In this document: positions 29,990-39,416 of the stretch, piece after piece | How the letters are laid out: each line of letters starts with the position of its first letter | Numbering within the stretch: the first letter of the stretch is position 1 | Assembly: GCA_965226795.1 (NCBI GenBank) | Contig: CBDDDZ010000004.1 | Span: 640,001 to 704,000 of the forward strand | DNA length: 64,000 bases | Direction of reading: 5' to 3' | Source of the DNA: Candidatus Latescibacterota bacterium | GTDB taxonomy: Bacteria; Latescibacterota; UBA2968; GCA-2709665 | Translations under genes and position numbers: made by a program | The notes under the pieces: model-generated | The model's database searches: none | What the model saw: only the letters and a program-made list of their open reading frames with translations | Told to the model about the DNA's origin: nothing

Positions 29990-31102
29990 ATGGCGAATGA
30001 TCCTCCGTTTGCGCGTGAGACGATCGCATTTGTTGGTGTTGGGTTGATCGGCGGATCTCTTGGTGTGGCACTCAAGGGTCTGGGTATCGGCCGAAGCATC
30101 GTTGGCATCAGCAGGCAGGAGACGCTGGATGCAGCCCTCGAGTTGAATGTAATCGACGCAGGCTATCGCTATGAGGACCTCGAAAGGGGGATTGGCGAAG
30201 CGGCGCTGGTTTTCCTGTGTACACCCATTGTACGTATTCTGGACCTTCTGCCACAGGTGCTGGGGGCGGCGCGGAAGGGTGCGGTCGTGACCGATGTGGG
30301 CAGCACCAAGCACGCGATTGTTTCCGCGGCGACGGCCCATCAACGTGATGGCGTGTATTTTGTGGGCGGGCACCCGATGGCCGGGTCGGAACATCGCGGG
30401 GTAAGCGCGGCGGATCCATTCCTGTTTCAGAACGCAATTTATGTGTTGACGCCGTCACCGGACACGCCCGAATTCGTGGTCGAAAAGCTCGCGCGCCTCG
30501 TAAGGGCGCTCGGAGCGAGACCCATGAGGATGACTCCTCAGGAACACGACAGGGCGGCGGCGGCGGTGAGTCACCTGCCACAGATGATGGCCACAAGCCT
30601 GGTGTCCATGATCGGACGGATGACCGAGGTCGAAGGGTTGCCGATAAGGATGGCGGCGGGTGGGTTTCGGGATCTGACACGCATTGCATGCAGCCCGTAT
30701 GAAATGTGGCGGGATATCTGCCATACGAACGCGGCCCCGATCCGTGAGATGATCGATCTGTATATCGAGTCGCTGACAGCGATGCGCGGAGCAGTGGATC
30801 ATGACCGGCTGGAGCAGGCATTTGTCTACGCCAATCGGGTACGCGGGCAGATTCCGAAGGACTCCAAGGGGTTTTTGCATCCTCTATTCGAAATTCTCCT
30901 GGTCGCGGAAGACAGACCGGGCGTGATTGCCGACGTCGCTCAGACCCTGGCCGGGAAAAATATTAATATCAACGACATCGAGGTATTGAATGTACGGGAG
31001 GGGGAAGGAGGCACCATCCGCATCGGGTTCGATTCGCGTCCATGCGCGGATCAGGCTGTAGACGTGCTGGGGAAGGCGGGATACAACGTCAGGCTGAGAT
31101 AA
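29990..31102 (+). CDS. tyrA: Prephenate/arogenate dehydrogenase with C-terminal ACT domain
   Basis: GVGLIGGS, DVGSTK, GGHPMAGSE, SHLPQ, GGFRDLTRIA, DRPGVIA. Confidence 0.94.
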   Translation: MANDPPFARETIAFVGVGLIGGSLGVALKGLGIGRSIVGISRQETLDAALELNVIDAGYRYEDLERGIGEAALVFLCTPIVRILDLLPQVLGAARKGAVVTDVGSTKHAIVSAATAHQRDGVYFVGGHPMAGSEHRGVSAADPFLFQNAIYVLTPSPDTPEFVVEKLARLVRALGARPMRMTPQEHDRAAAAVSHLPQMMATSLVSMIGRMTEVEGLPIRMAAGGFRDLTRIACSPYEMWRDICHTNAAPIREMIDLYIESLTAMRGAVDHDRLEQAFVYANRVRGQIPKDSKGFLHPLFEILLVAEDRPGVIADVAQTLAGKNININDIEVLNVREGEGGTIRIGFDSRPCADQAVDVLGKAGYNVRLR

Positions 31103-31181
31103 ACGGAAGGATCCGGAACGGGAAACGATGGAACGAAAGAGATCGCTATCCGTCCTTTTGTGACTCGATTTTGAAGAAGGC

Positions 31182-32495
31182 GTGGCTTTGAAATTCGCGG
31201 GTTCAGTAATTTCCCGGGACACGATCAGTCCCTCGCCGGGGCTTGTGGGGGCGTGCGACCTCCCCGGCGATGCCAGCATGTCGATTATGGCCCTTGTGCT
31301 GTCGTCAATATCCGATGGAATCTCACGGATTCACAGGTGTTCCCAACGACGCGAAGTCAAGCGAACCGGAGAATTGCTGGCGGAACTCGGGATTTCGGTG
31401 GCGTGGGACGGTGAGACCGCAACGGTGACCGGCGGCCACATGGAGGCGCCGGCCGACGTGCTGCGCGTGGGTGGGTCCCTTGTTCTGTTTTCCTGTCTTG
31501 CGGGATTGCTGTCCAATGCGCCCTTTGTGACCAGACTTTCCGGGGTTCGGGCGGATGCCGACGTCGACCGGCTTTTCGACGGGCTCCGCGCGTTGGGCGC
31601 ACACGTGAACATTCCGGTTGAAGACCGGACATCGGCGGGTGTCGGAGGGGGTAAGTTAACGCCCGGATCCTTCCGTGTCGGAGCTCCGGATATAGCGGTG
31701 AAGTGTGGAATGCTTATGGCCGGGCTGGGTGTGGGGGGACCGGTTGAACTGGTACAGGACACGGGCGGGGATGACGACCTGGAAGTTTTGCTGCAAGCAG
31801 CAGGATGCGGGCTGAAAAAGAGCCGGATGAAGGGCGCCGGAGGTCATCGGTTGTTGTTGGAAGGACCGGTACGGCTCCGTGGCGTTACACACGAGTTGCC
31901 GGGCTGCTCGGATGCGGGGCTGTTTCTTGCCCTGGCCGCGGCGATGTTGAAACGGTCTGAGTTGACCGTAACCCATTTCGGAATGGATTCGAGAAGCCGC
32001 AGGATCGTGGATATTTTGCGCCGTATGAACGTATCCATGGATATGGAGCAATACCGGACGGATTCCGGTTTTTCCGTGCGTCGAGTTCGGATCAGGGGGT
32101 CCGAATTGCGTGGAATAAGAATCGCTGGCGCAAATGCCAGACTCTTCAGCGACGTGCTCCCACTCCTGGCGGTCGCGGGCGCGGTTTCGCGGGGTGAAAC
32201 GATCATACGGGATGCCGAGGCGTTGAGAGACGGACCCGTAGACTGCATTTCGGTTTTGGTGGAAAACCTCAGGAAGATGCAGATTCAAGTCGGGGAGATG
32301 CCGGATGGGATGGTTGTGAAGGGCGGGCAACTGCAGGGTGCCGAACTGGATGCCGGCGGCGACATCCGTGTGTCAATGGCACTCGCACTGGCGGCGCTGG
32401 CGAGCGAAGGGGAAACACTTGTAATGAACGCCGGGCCCGTGGACCGGAATTTTCCGGGGATCACAAATCGACTGGCTACGGTATTGGAGACGTAA
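31182..32495 (+). CDS. EPSP synthase (AroA)-fold protein with degenerate active site
   Basis: 437 aa, collinear with class II AroA motifs and located after tyrA, but catalytic motifs read PGDASMSIM, GGSLV, DIAVKC, LRDGPVDCI, DIRVSM. Confidence 0.8.
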   Translation: MALKFAGSVISRDTISPSPGLVGACDLPGDASMSIMALVLSSISDGISRIHRCSQRREVKRTGELLAELGISVAWDGETATVTGGHMEAPADVLRVGGSLVLFSCLAGLLSNAPFVTRLSGVRADADVDRLFDGLRALGAHVNIPVEDRTSAGVGGGKLTPGSFRVGAPDIAVKCGMLMAGLGVGGPVELVQDTGGDDDLEVLLQAAGCGLKKSRMKGAGGHRLLLEGPVRLRGVTHELPGCSDAGLFLALAAAMLKRSELTVTHFGMDSRSRRIVDILRRMNVSMDMEQYRTDSGFSVRRVRIRGSELRGIRIAGANARLFSDVLPLLAVAGAVSRGETIIRDAEALRDGPVDCISVLVENLRKMQIQVGEMPDGMVVKGGQLQGAELDAGGDIRVSMALALAALASEGETLVMNAGPVDRNFPGITNRLATVLET

Positions 32496-32587
32496 GTCGT
32501 TTGAATCGTTCAGGTGCCCGCCGCTTATGTTGGCGGCAGGGGCTGCACGAGACCACGTGGGTCAATCATCGGTACGAGGAGAGTCTT

Positions 32588-32728
32588 ATGAGACTGGTTG
32601 TCAGGTTGTTCCTTCTGGCGTTGCTCGTGTTCCTGGGAGGCGTGGTTTTTATTCGGTACACCTACAACTGTTCCTGGAAGGAGAGTTTTGCAATTGCCGA
32701 CCAGTTTGTGTCGGACCTGACCCGTTGA
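32588..32728 (+). CDS. Small single-TM membrane protein, 46 aa
   Basis: GAGGAG RBS; MRLVVRLFLLALLVFLGGVVFIRYTYNCSWKESFAIADQFVSDLTR. Confidence 0.7.
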   Translation: MRLVVRLFLLALLVFLGGVVFIRYTYNCSWKESFAIADQFVSDLTR

Positions 32729-32792
32729 GCAACGCGTTGCCCGTTGCGGTGCGGGGAATCTCAATCGGCCAGACGTAAAATCGGGTATCGCC

Positions 32793-32954
32793 GTGTTCTG
32801 TCCCGGAAATAGATTGCCAGAATTCGGCAGCCGAGTCGCCCGGCTGGCAAGGCGCCTGAGCGAGGCGACCTGGGCAAGGTCGGCGAGCGATGGCAACGCA
32901 GCGAGGCGGGATGAATCGGCGGATGAATGGTAACATATTTCTGGGACGGGACAC
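32793..32954. mobile_element. MITE-like element, copy 2 (162 bp)
   Basis: Ends GTGTTCTGTCCCGGAAA / TTTCTGGGACGGGACAC; interior aligns by eye with copy 1 plus a ~12-nt insertion. Confidence 0.8.
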
Positions 32955-32976
32955 TGATAGGTCAGGGGAGTCTGTT

Positions 32977-33843
32977 TTGAGTATTGTCTCAACCACGCGG
33001 TTGCTTGGGGTAATCGGGGATCCCATTGCCCATTCGTTATCGCCGGACATGCACAATGCGGCCATAAGGAATCTTGAAATAGACTACTGTTACGTAGCCT
33101 TTCACGTATTGCCGGATGGGGTTGAATCGGCGCTTCAGGGTATGCGCGCCCTGCAGATCCGGGGTTTGAACGTAACCCTTCCACACAAGACTGCGGTGAT
33201 GGCGCACCTGGACCGGATTTCGGTAGAAGCGCTGGCCGTGGGCGCGGTGAATACGATTTCTTTCAGGGACGGCGAACTGGTCGGGTACAATACCGACGTG
33301 TACGGGTTGGCTACCGCGCTGGAGCGGACCGCGGGCCTCGCCGTGCTGCCGGAGCATTGCGTGATTCTCGGCGCGGGCGGCGTGGCGCGGGCTGCTGCTT
33401 ATGCGCTGGCTACGCAAAACGAGGTGCGGCGGGTGAGCATTCTCAATCGAACCGTTGCCCGGGCGGAGGCGCTCGCGCGTGATATGGAACGGACCACCGG
33501 CAAGTCCATCGACGCCGGCGATCTGACGACAGACACCCAGACGAGGCGGTTCGCGGATGCCGGCCTCGTCGTAAATTGTAATTCGCTGGGGATGTATCCG
33601 AACGTGGAGCGGACCCCCCTGGCGGATACAGACCCGATACACTCCCAACTGGTACTCTACGATACGGTTTTCAACCCGCTGGATACGCTGCTGATGCGGC
33701 AGTTTCGATCGGCGGGCGCGCCGGCTTTCGGAGGGCTGGACATGCTGGTGCACCAGGGTGCGAGTTCGTTTACCATCTGGACGGGAATCGAGCCGCCCGT
33801 CGACGTCATGAAGCAGGCGGTAATCGGCCGGTTTCGAGCGTAG
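32977..33843 (+). CDS. aroE: Shikimate dehydrogenase
   Basis: GDPIAHSLSP, NVTLPHK, GAVNT, NTD, LGAGG, NRT, GLDMLVHQG. Confidence 0.95.
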   Translation: MSIVSTTRLLGVIGDPIAHSLSPDMHNAAIRNLEIDYCYVAFHVLPDGVESALQGMRALQIRGLNVTLPHKTAVMAHLDRISVEALAVGAVNTISFRDGELVGYNTDVYGLATALERTAGLAVLPEHCVILGAGGVARAAAYALATQNEVRRVSILNRTVARAEALARDMERTTGKSIDAGDLTTDTQTRRFADAGLVVNCNSLGMYPNVERTPLADTDPIHSQLVLYDTVFNPLDTLLMRQFRSAGAPAFGGLDMLVHQGASSFTIWTGIEPPVDVMKQAVIGRFRA

Positions 33844-33845
33844 CG

Positions 33846-34565
33846 GTGGCGCGGTCCAATCTGCAGGAACGCCGGGAAAAGCGGACCCTTGTGCGTCAGA
33901 TGTTCGACGGCATAGCCGGTACGTACGATCTGTTGAACCATCTGTTGAGCGCCGGCATGGATATTCTCTGGAGACGATGGACAGTCGACGCACTGGAATT
34001 GCAGGCAGGCTGGTGGATCCTGGACCTTGCAACGGGAACGGGGGATCTGGGCCTCGAAGCGGCGGCGCGTGATCCGGGAGTGCGGGTTGTGGGTGCGGAC
34101 CTGTCCCTGCCGATGCTTCGGCTTGGAAACAAAAAACTGAATAGAAGATCCGGCCAACAGTTTCTCTTATGTGGAGACGCGGAGCGGCTGCCGTTTCCCG
34201 ATGAGCGGTTTCATGCCGTAACGATTGGTTTCGGCGTACGGAACTTTTCGGAACTGTCCGTTGGCCTTCGGGAAATACAACGGGTTTTGCGCCCCGGAGG
34301 CCGGTTGGCAATTCTGGAGTTTTCCCGGCCCAGGGCGTTTCTATTGCGCAGGGTCTACTTTTTTTATTTTAAATTCATCCTGCCCGGGATCGGCCGGCTT
34401 GTTTCCCGGAATCCTCTGGCGTATCGGTATCTTTATGAGTCTGTTATGGATTTTCCTGAGGGAGAGGCATTCCGAAGCCGGCTGACGCAGGCCGGTTTTC
34501 TAGATCCGGTGGAACGTCGGTTGACCTTTGGGATTGCGACCATCTATTTGGCTTCAAAACCGTAA
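33846..34565 (+). CDS. menG: Demethylmenaquinone methyltransferase (UbiE/MenG)
   Basis: MFDGIAGTYDLLNHLLS, LDLATGTGD, FGVRN, AYRYLYES. Confidence 0.92.
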   Translation: MARSNLQERREKRTLVRQMFDGIAGTYDLLNHLLSAGMDILWRRWTVDALELQAGWWILDLATGTGDLGLEAAARDPGVRVVGADLSLPMLRLGNKKLNRRSGQQFLLCGDAERLPFPDERFHAVTIGFGVRNFSELSVGLREIQRVLRPGGRLAILEFSRPRAFLLRRVYFFYFKFILPGIGRLVSRNPLAYRYLYESVMDFPEGEAFRSRLTQAGFLDPVERRLTFGIATIYLASKP

Positions 34566-34583
34566 CGACTCTTTGCCCGTCAT

Positions 34584-34928
34584 ATGGTCGTTATTAATTC
34601 TTGCCCCAGTTTTATTGGGCGCATCGCTTGTGGCCTTTTGGCGGTTGCGGCAGAACGTGCCTGGCAACACCTGCGTGCGCATCGGTTTGATGGCTTTTAC
34701 TTTCGACGGCAACAAATCATCGACAGCTTTATTGTCGATTTCTACTGTCATTCAGTCGGATTGGCAATTGAAGTCGATGGCGAGGTTCGCCAGAATCAGG
34801 TTGCTTATGGTGCAAAACGAGACGGCATTCTCAAAGCGCGAGGATTCCAAGTTTTACGCATTGCAAATGTTGAAATTCGCACGAATTCAGATGGCGTTCT
34901 CCAATCAATCAGAGCTTATATAAAATAG
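34584..34928 (+). pseudogene. DUF559 (Vsr-like) endonuclease domain, probably 5'-truncated and degenerate
   Basis: AERAWQHLR...FRRQQII..FIVDFYC...LAIEVDG...RD..L...GFQVLRI; lower GC than neighbours; usual N-terminus and the His after EVDG are missing. Confidence 0.7.
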
Positions 34929-34951
34929 TGTATACTCAACACTTAGTTCAA

Positions 34952-34991
34952 CTCCCCCTTTCCTTGTAGGAGGGGAAACTGGGGGAGAGGT
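34952..34991. repeat. REP-like palindrome next to the DUF559 gene
   Basis: CTCCCCCTTTCC-TTGT-AGGAGGGG...GGGGGAGAGG, similar to the CCCTCTCC..GGAGAGGG palindromes that often flank DUF559 genes. Confidence 0.5.
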
Positions 34992-34999
34992 CATCCTTT

Positions 35000-36703
35000 A
35001 TGGTCAATCCTTTTATTGAAGAAATCGTATCGCTTGTGTCAAAAGCGACTGACATGCGCCCCGATGAGGTGAGGGCGCTGATCGAGGTCCCTCCAAAACC
35101 CACTATGGGGGATTACACCCTTCCGTGTTTCAGGCTTGCAAAAACGCTGCGAAAGGCGCCGAATCAGATCGCCGCGGATCTTGGGGAGCGGGTACGGACG
35201 GGCGGACGCATCGCCCGGGTCAGGGCTGAGGGCCCATATCTCAACATTTTCGTTAGCCAGACCGAATTTGTGCGGGAGACGCTTTCGGAAATTCTCGCAA
35301 GGGGCGAGCAATTCGGACGGAGCGAGGCAGGCGCGGGGAAAACGATCGTGGTCGATTTTTCGTCACCGAATATCTCCAAGCCATTCACTATAGCCCACAT
35401 CCGTTCGACAGCGATCGGAAATTCGCTCTGCAGGATATACAGGGCCCTCGGTTGGAACGTGCTCGGTATCAATCACCTTGGTGACTGGGGCGCCCCACAC
35501 GGGATGAATATCGCGGCGTACAAACGCTGGGGAGACGAGAACGCGGTTCGCAGGAATCCGGCCTATGAGCTATTTAATTTGTACGTAAAATTCAATACCG
35601 AGATGGAACGGGATCCGTCTCTCAGAGACGACGTGAAGGACTGGACCAGGAAGCTGGAGGCGGGCGATGCCGAGGCGCTCAGACTCTGGAATTGGTTCAG
35701 GGACGAGACCATAAAGGACTTCAAGCGAATTTATGAATTAATGGACGTGGAATTTAGCGAATATACAGGAGAGAGTTTTTTTCACGATAAGGTGGGGCCG
35801 GTTGTCGACGAACTCAAGGCGAAGGGGCTGGCCGTGGAGAGTGAGGGCGCCCTCGTGGTGATGCTGGACGATGAAGATATGCCTCCGGCCATCATCCAGA
35901 CCGGACACGATACCAGCGTCTATCTCACGCGGGATCTGGCCGCTGCGATTTACCGCAAGCAAACCTACGACTTCGATAAGTTGATCTATGCGACCGACGC
36001 CGGGCAGTCCCTGCATTTTCGGCAGCTTTTCAAGGTGTTGGAACGGATGGGCTATGAGTGGGCGAAAGACTGTGTGCACGTCCCGTTCGGTATCATTTCC
36101 TTCAAAGACGGAAGGATGTCTACGCGCAGGGGCAACGTGATTTTCCTGGAGGATGTGCTGAACCGTGCGATAGAGCTGACACGGGATATTATAGAGGACA
36201 AGAATCCGGATCTTCCCAATAAAGACGGGATCGCCCGGGATGTGGGCATCGGCGCGGTGGTCTACGCGGATCTCGATTCCCGCCGGACGCGGGACGTGGT
36301 GTTCGACTGGGATGAGATCCTTAACTTTAACGGCGAGACCGGCCCCTACGTCCAATATACCCATGCGCGTTATCGCAGTGTCCTACGTAAATACGGAGGC
36401 GCCGTGCCGCCGCCCGATGCAGACCTTTCTCTGTTAACCGAACCCGAGACGGTGGCGGTGGTCAAGTGCCTGGAACGGTATCCGGCGCGAATCCGGAACG
36501 CGGCCGAGGCCTGCGAGCCGTCTCTGATTGCCGGGTTCCTGATCGAACTCTGTACAGAGGCGAACCGGTTTTACAACGCCCACCGGGTCATTTCGGATGA
36601 CCTGACCCTGACGCGGGCGCGCATCGCCCTGGTTTATTCCATCACTGTCGTGCTGTCGGCCGGCCTTCATCTGCTCGGGTTGCGGGCCCCCGAGGAGATG
36701 TGA
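35000..36703 (+). CDS. argS: Arginine--tRNA ligase
   Basis: GPYLN, VDFSSPN, NHLGDWG, YLTRDLAAA, MSTRRG, GETGPYVQYTHAR, PEEM C-terminus. Confidence 0.96.
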   Translation: MVNPFIEEIVSLVSKATDMRPDEVRALIEVPPKPTMGDYTLPCFRLAKTLRKAPNQIAADLGERVRTGGRIARVRAEGPYLNIFVSQTEFVRETLSEILARGEQFGRSEAGAGKTIVVDFSSPNISKPFTIAHIRSTAIGNSLCRIYRALGWNVLGINHLGDWGAPHGMNIAAYKRWGDENAVRRNPAYELFNLYVKFNTEMERDPSLRDDVKDWTRKLEAGDAEALRLWNWFRDETIKDFKRIYELMDVEFSEYTGESFFHDKVGPVVDELKAKGLAVESEGALVVMLDDEDMPPAIIQTGHDTSVYLTRDLAAAIYRKQTYDFDKLIYATDAGQSLHFRQLFKVLERMGYEWAKDCVHVPFGIISFKDGRMSTRRGNVIFLEDVLNRAIELTRDIIEDKNPDLPNKDGIARDVGIGAVVYADLDSRRTRDVVFDWDEILNFNGETGPYVQYTHARYRSVLRKYGGAVPPPDADLSLLTEPETVAVVKCLERYPARIRNAAEACEPSLIAGFLIELCTEANRFYNAHRVISDDLTLTRARIALVYSITVVLSAGLHLLGLRAPEEM

Positions 36704-36972
36704 GTCACGGATAGCCGTACCACCCTTCCGAAAACGGCGCTGAACGCCATCGGAATCCTGATTTCGTCATTATTGAAGGCACCCTGGAGATATTTTTCTC
36801 AGAGGTGGTTGTGAATGGAAACCGGACTGGCTGCGCTTGATTCTGTTACCCCGTTAATGAAGGGGCGACACGCACGCCATTGTACTTCATCCAGAAAGAA
36901 TTCCGCGCCGATCGTAGCCGCTCAGATCAATTGTACAGATCGCCACGCGCGGGCATGGCGGGGGCCCGTGCC

Positions 36973-37518
36973 GTGAACCGGTTGCAGGGCAGACAGATTT
37001 TCCTGACGGGGTTCATGGCGACCGGCAAGAGCAAGATCGGGCGGATTCTGGCGCAGCGCCTGGGTCGGATATTTGTAGATACCGATGCGTTGATCGTGGA
37101 GACGGCCGGGAAGTCGATACCCCGGATCTTTGCGGAAGACGGAGAGACCGCCTTCCGTCGTATCGAGCGCAGTTGCGTGGTGCGGGCGGCCGGGATGAGG
37201 GAGGCCGTGATTGCTCTGGGTGGCGGCGCGGTCACACACGAGGAGAACCGGGATACGATTCGCGCATCCGGTGTGTGCCTGTGTCTGCGGGCATCTGCTG
37301 AGACCATCTTCACGCGCCTGCGCAGGACAGAAGGAGAACGGCCGCTGATGGCTGGATTGAACGATGAAGACCGGATGGCAAAGATCCGGTCGATGCTGGC
37401 CGCCCGGGCGCCGTTTTACGACCGTGCGGATGTATTCGTGGAGTCGACGGAGTGTCGCACGCTGGAAGAGACCGTTGAACTGGCAGTGTCGGCTTTGGAA
37501 GGTCTTGAATTGCAATAA
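36973..37518 (+). CDS. aroK: Shikimate kinase (start uncertain)
   Basis: LTGFMATGKS, FVDTD, IFAEDGETAFR, ALGGGAV, RPL. Confidence 0.95.
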   Translation: MNRLQGRQIFLTGFMATGKSKIGRILAQRLGRIFVDTDALIVETAGKSIPRIFAEDGETAFRRIERSCVVRAAGMREAVIALGGGAVTHEENRDTIRASGVCLCLRASAETIFTRLRRTEGERPLMAGLNDEDRMAKIRSMLAARAPFYDRADVFVESTECRTLEETVELAVSALEGLELQ

Positions 37519-37567
37519 GGATGTTGGAAGACCACTGCCTATGGGATCTCAAGTCGTACAGAGCAGT

Positions 37568-38671
37568 ATGCAGACCGTGCAGGTCGACCTGGGCAGTCGC
37601 AGTTATCCGATCCTGATTGGATACGGGATCCTGTCTGAATTCGGCGAGGCGTACGCGGCGGCCGGATTGGGTTCGACTGCGGCGATCGTGACCAACCCGA
37701 CAGTGGCGCCGCTCTACCTGGATCCGGTCAGGGCCGGACTGGTGGCGCGGGGTGTGGCTGTGACGGTGGTGGAGATTCCGGATGGAGAGGAATTCAAGAC
37801 ACTGGAGACGGCAGGGCGGATATATGGCGAACTGATTCAGGCCGGCCTGGATCGGCGGAGTTGTATCGTAACGCTGGGGGGCGGTGTTGTGGGAGATACG
37901 GCCGGATTCGTGGCGGCGACGTATCTGCGCGGAATCGATTTCGTACAGGTCCCCACCACCCTGGAGGCGCAGGTCGATGCCAGCGTCGGCGGGAAAACAG
38001 GGGTGGATCACCCGCTGGGAAAGAATATGATCGGAGCATTTTATCAGCCGAAGCTGGTCTATGTTGACACGGAAACGCTGATGACCCTACCCAGGAGGGA
38101 GGTGGCTGCCGGGATGGCTGAGGTAATCAAACACGGATTGATCCGCGACGTGGGACTCGTGGAAGTCCTGGAAAATTCGATCGAGATGGTGGCGGATCTG
38201 GCGATCGAACCGGAACAGTTGGTCAGGTTAATCGCGCGAAACTGCCGCATTAAGGCCGATGTCGTGGCGGCGGATGAGACCGAGGCGGGATTACGGGAAA
38301 TCCTCAACTATGGTCACACGGTGGGACACGCCATAGAGGCGGTAACGAATTACACGGTTTACAAACACGGAGAGGCCGTATTGCTGGGCATGCTCGCCGC
38401 GGGTAGAATCGGGGTCATCAAGGGGTTCTGGGAACACGCGGAACTGGAACGGCAGAACGCGTTAATCGGAAGACTCGGGATTCCGTCCGGCGCCGGCATA
38501 CTCGTAGCAGACGAACTGATCGGACGAATGGCGAGCGACAAGAAAGCGCGGGATGGGGTGATCCGGTTTGTCCTGCCGGAGGCGATCGGCCGTGGGGTGT
38601 CGTGCGACACCGTGAATAGACAGGAGATCGAGGACGGGATTCGGTATATGCAGGACCGTTCAGACCGATAG
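37568..38671 (+). CDS. aroB: 3-dehydroquinate synthase
   Basis: DGEEFK, LGGGVVGD, VPTTL..QVDASVGGKTG, GKNMIGAFYQP, LNYGHTVGHA, HGEAV. Confidence 0.97.
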   Translation: MQTVQVDLGSRSYPILIGYGILSEFGEAYAAAGLGSTAAIVTNPTVAPLYLDPVRAGLVARGVAVTVVEIPDGEEFKTLETAGRIYGELIQAGLDRRSCIVTLGGGVVGDTAGFVAATYLRGIDFVQVPTTLEAQVDASVGGKTGVDHPLGKNMIGAFYQPKLVYVDTETLMTLPRREVAAGMAEVIKHGLIRDVGLVEVLENSIEMVADLAIEPEQLVRLIARNCRIKADVVAADETEAGLREILNYGHTVGHAIEAVTNYTVYKHGEAVLLGMLAAGRIGVIKGFWEHAELERQNALIGRLGIPSGAGILVADELIGRMASDKKARDGVIRFVLPEAIGRGVSCDTVNRQEIEDGIRYMQDRSDR

Positions 38672-38792
38672 GTCTACAGGTTGCGATCAGGAGATCGGAC
38701 GGCGCCGTGTTTCGTCTCCCCGAGGAACGGACGCGGTCGATCTGCACCGCCTCAATCTGGCTCGGCCCACTGACCCGTTGAAACGTTCCTCT

Positions 38793-39296
38793 TCAACGGG
38801 TCAGTTGTTTGATAACCGCGCTGTGTTCGGGAAAGCTCCGAATCAGATCGGCCCGGTTCGCCAGTTCAAAGTCTTTAAATTCGAAACCGGGGGCAACCGT
38901 GCCGCCCACCAGCGCGTATGAGCCGGGCTCATTCAGCGTAGCTCCGTACCAGCAGCGGGGGTTGATGACCGCCGTGAACGATTCATCGTCTTCGGGGTTG
39001 TTGCCTAGCAGGATTCGGTTGTATTCGCCGCTTTGATCGATTGTATGGATGGTGATGGACGATCCCGCATAGAAGTGCCAGACTTCGTCGGATTGAATGC
39101 GGTGAAGGGTGGAAAAGTCGTCGCCCTCAAGCAGGAAGTAGATGGCGGTTGAAAACGATCGGGGGCCGTTGAACCGCTCCGGGAGGGCCTGAGCCGCAAT
39201 GGTCTCCTCCGAACGGTATATTTCCCGATAAAAGCCGCCTTCGGGATGCTTTCTGAGTTTCAACTTTGAGATCCAGTAATCGGCACTCTGGCTCAT
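38793..39296 (-). CDS. Cupin_5 (DUF985) family protein
   Basis: HPEGGFYRE, TAIYFLL, HRIQSDEVWHFYAG, VAPGFEFKDFE. Confidence 0.93.
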   Translation of the reverse strand: MSQSADYWISKLKLRKHPEGGFYREIYRSEETIAAQALPERFNGPRSFSTAIYFLLEGDDFSTLHRIQSDEVWHFYAGSSITIHTIDQSGEYNRILLGNNPEDDESFTAVINPRCWYGATLNEPGSYALVGGTVAPGFEFKDFELANRADLIRSFPEHSAVIKQLTR

Positions 39297-39416
39297 GGCT
39301 ATTGGAAAAACCTGCGGAACGCGGGCGAGACAATCTCACCTCTTTTGCTTTCTTTTAGAGGCGATCAGATGACAATCTCAGCTCCGGGGATGGCAACAAA
39401 ACGTGGCGATATGCGC

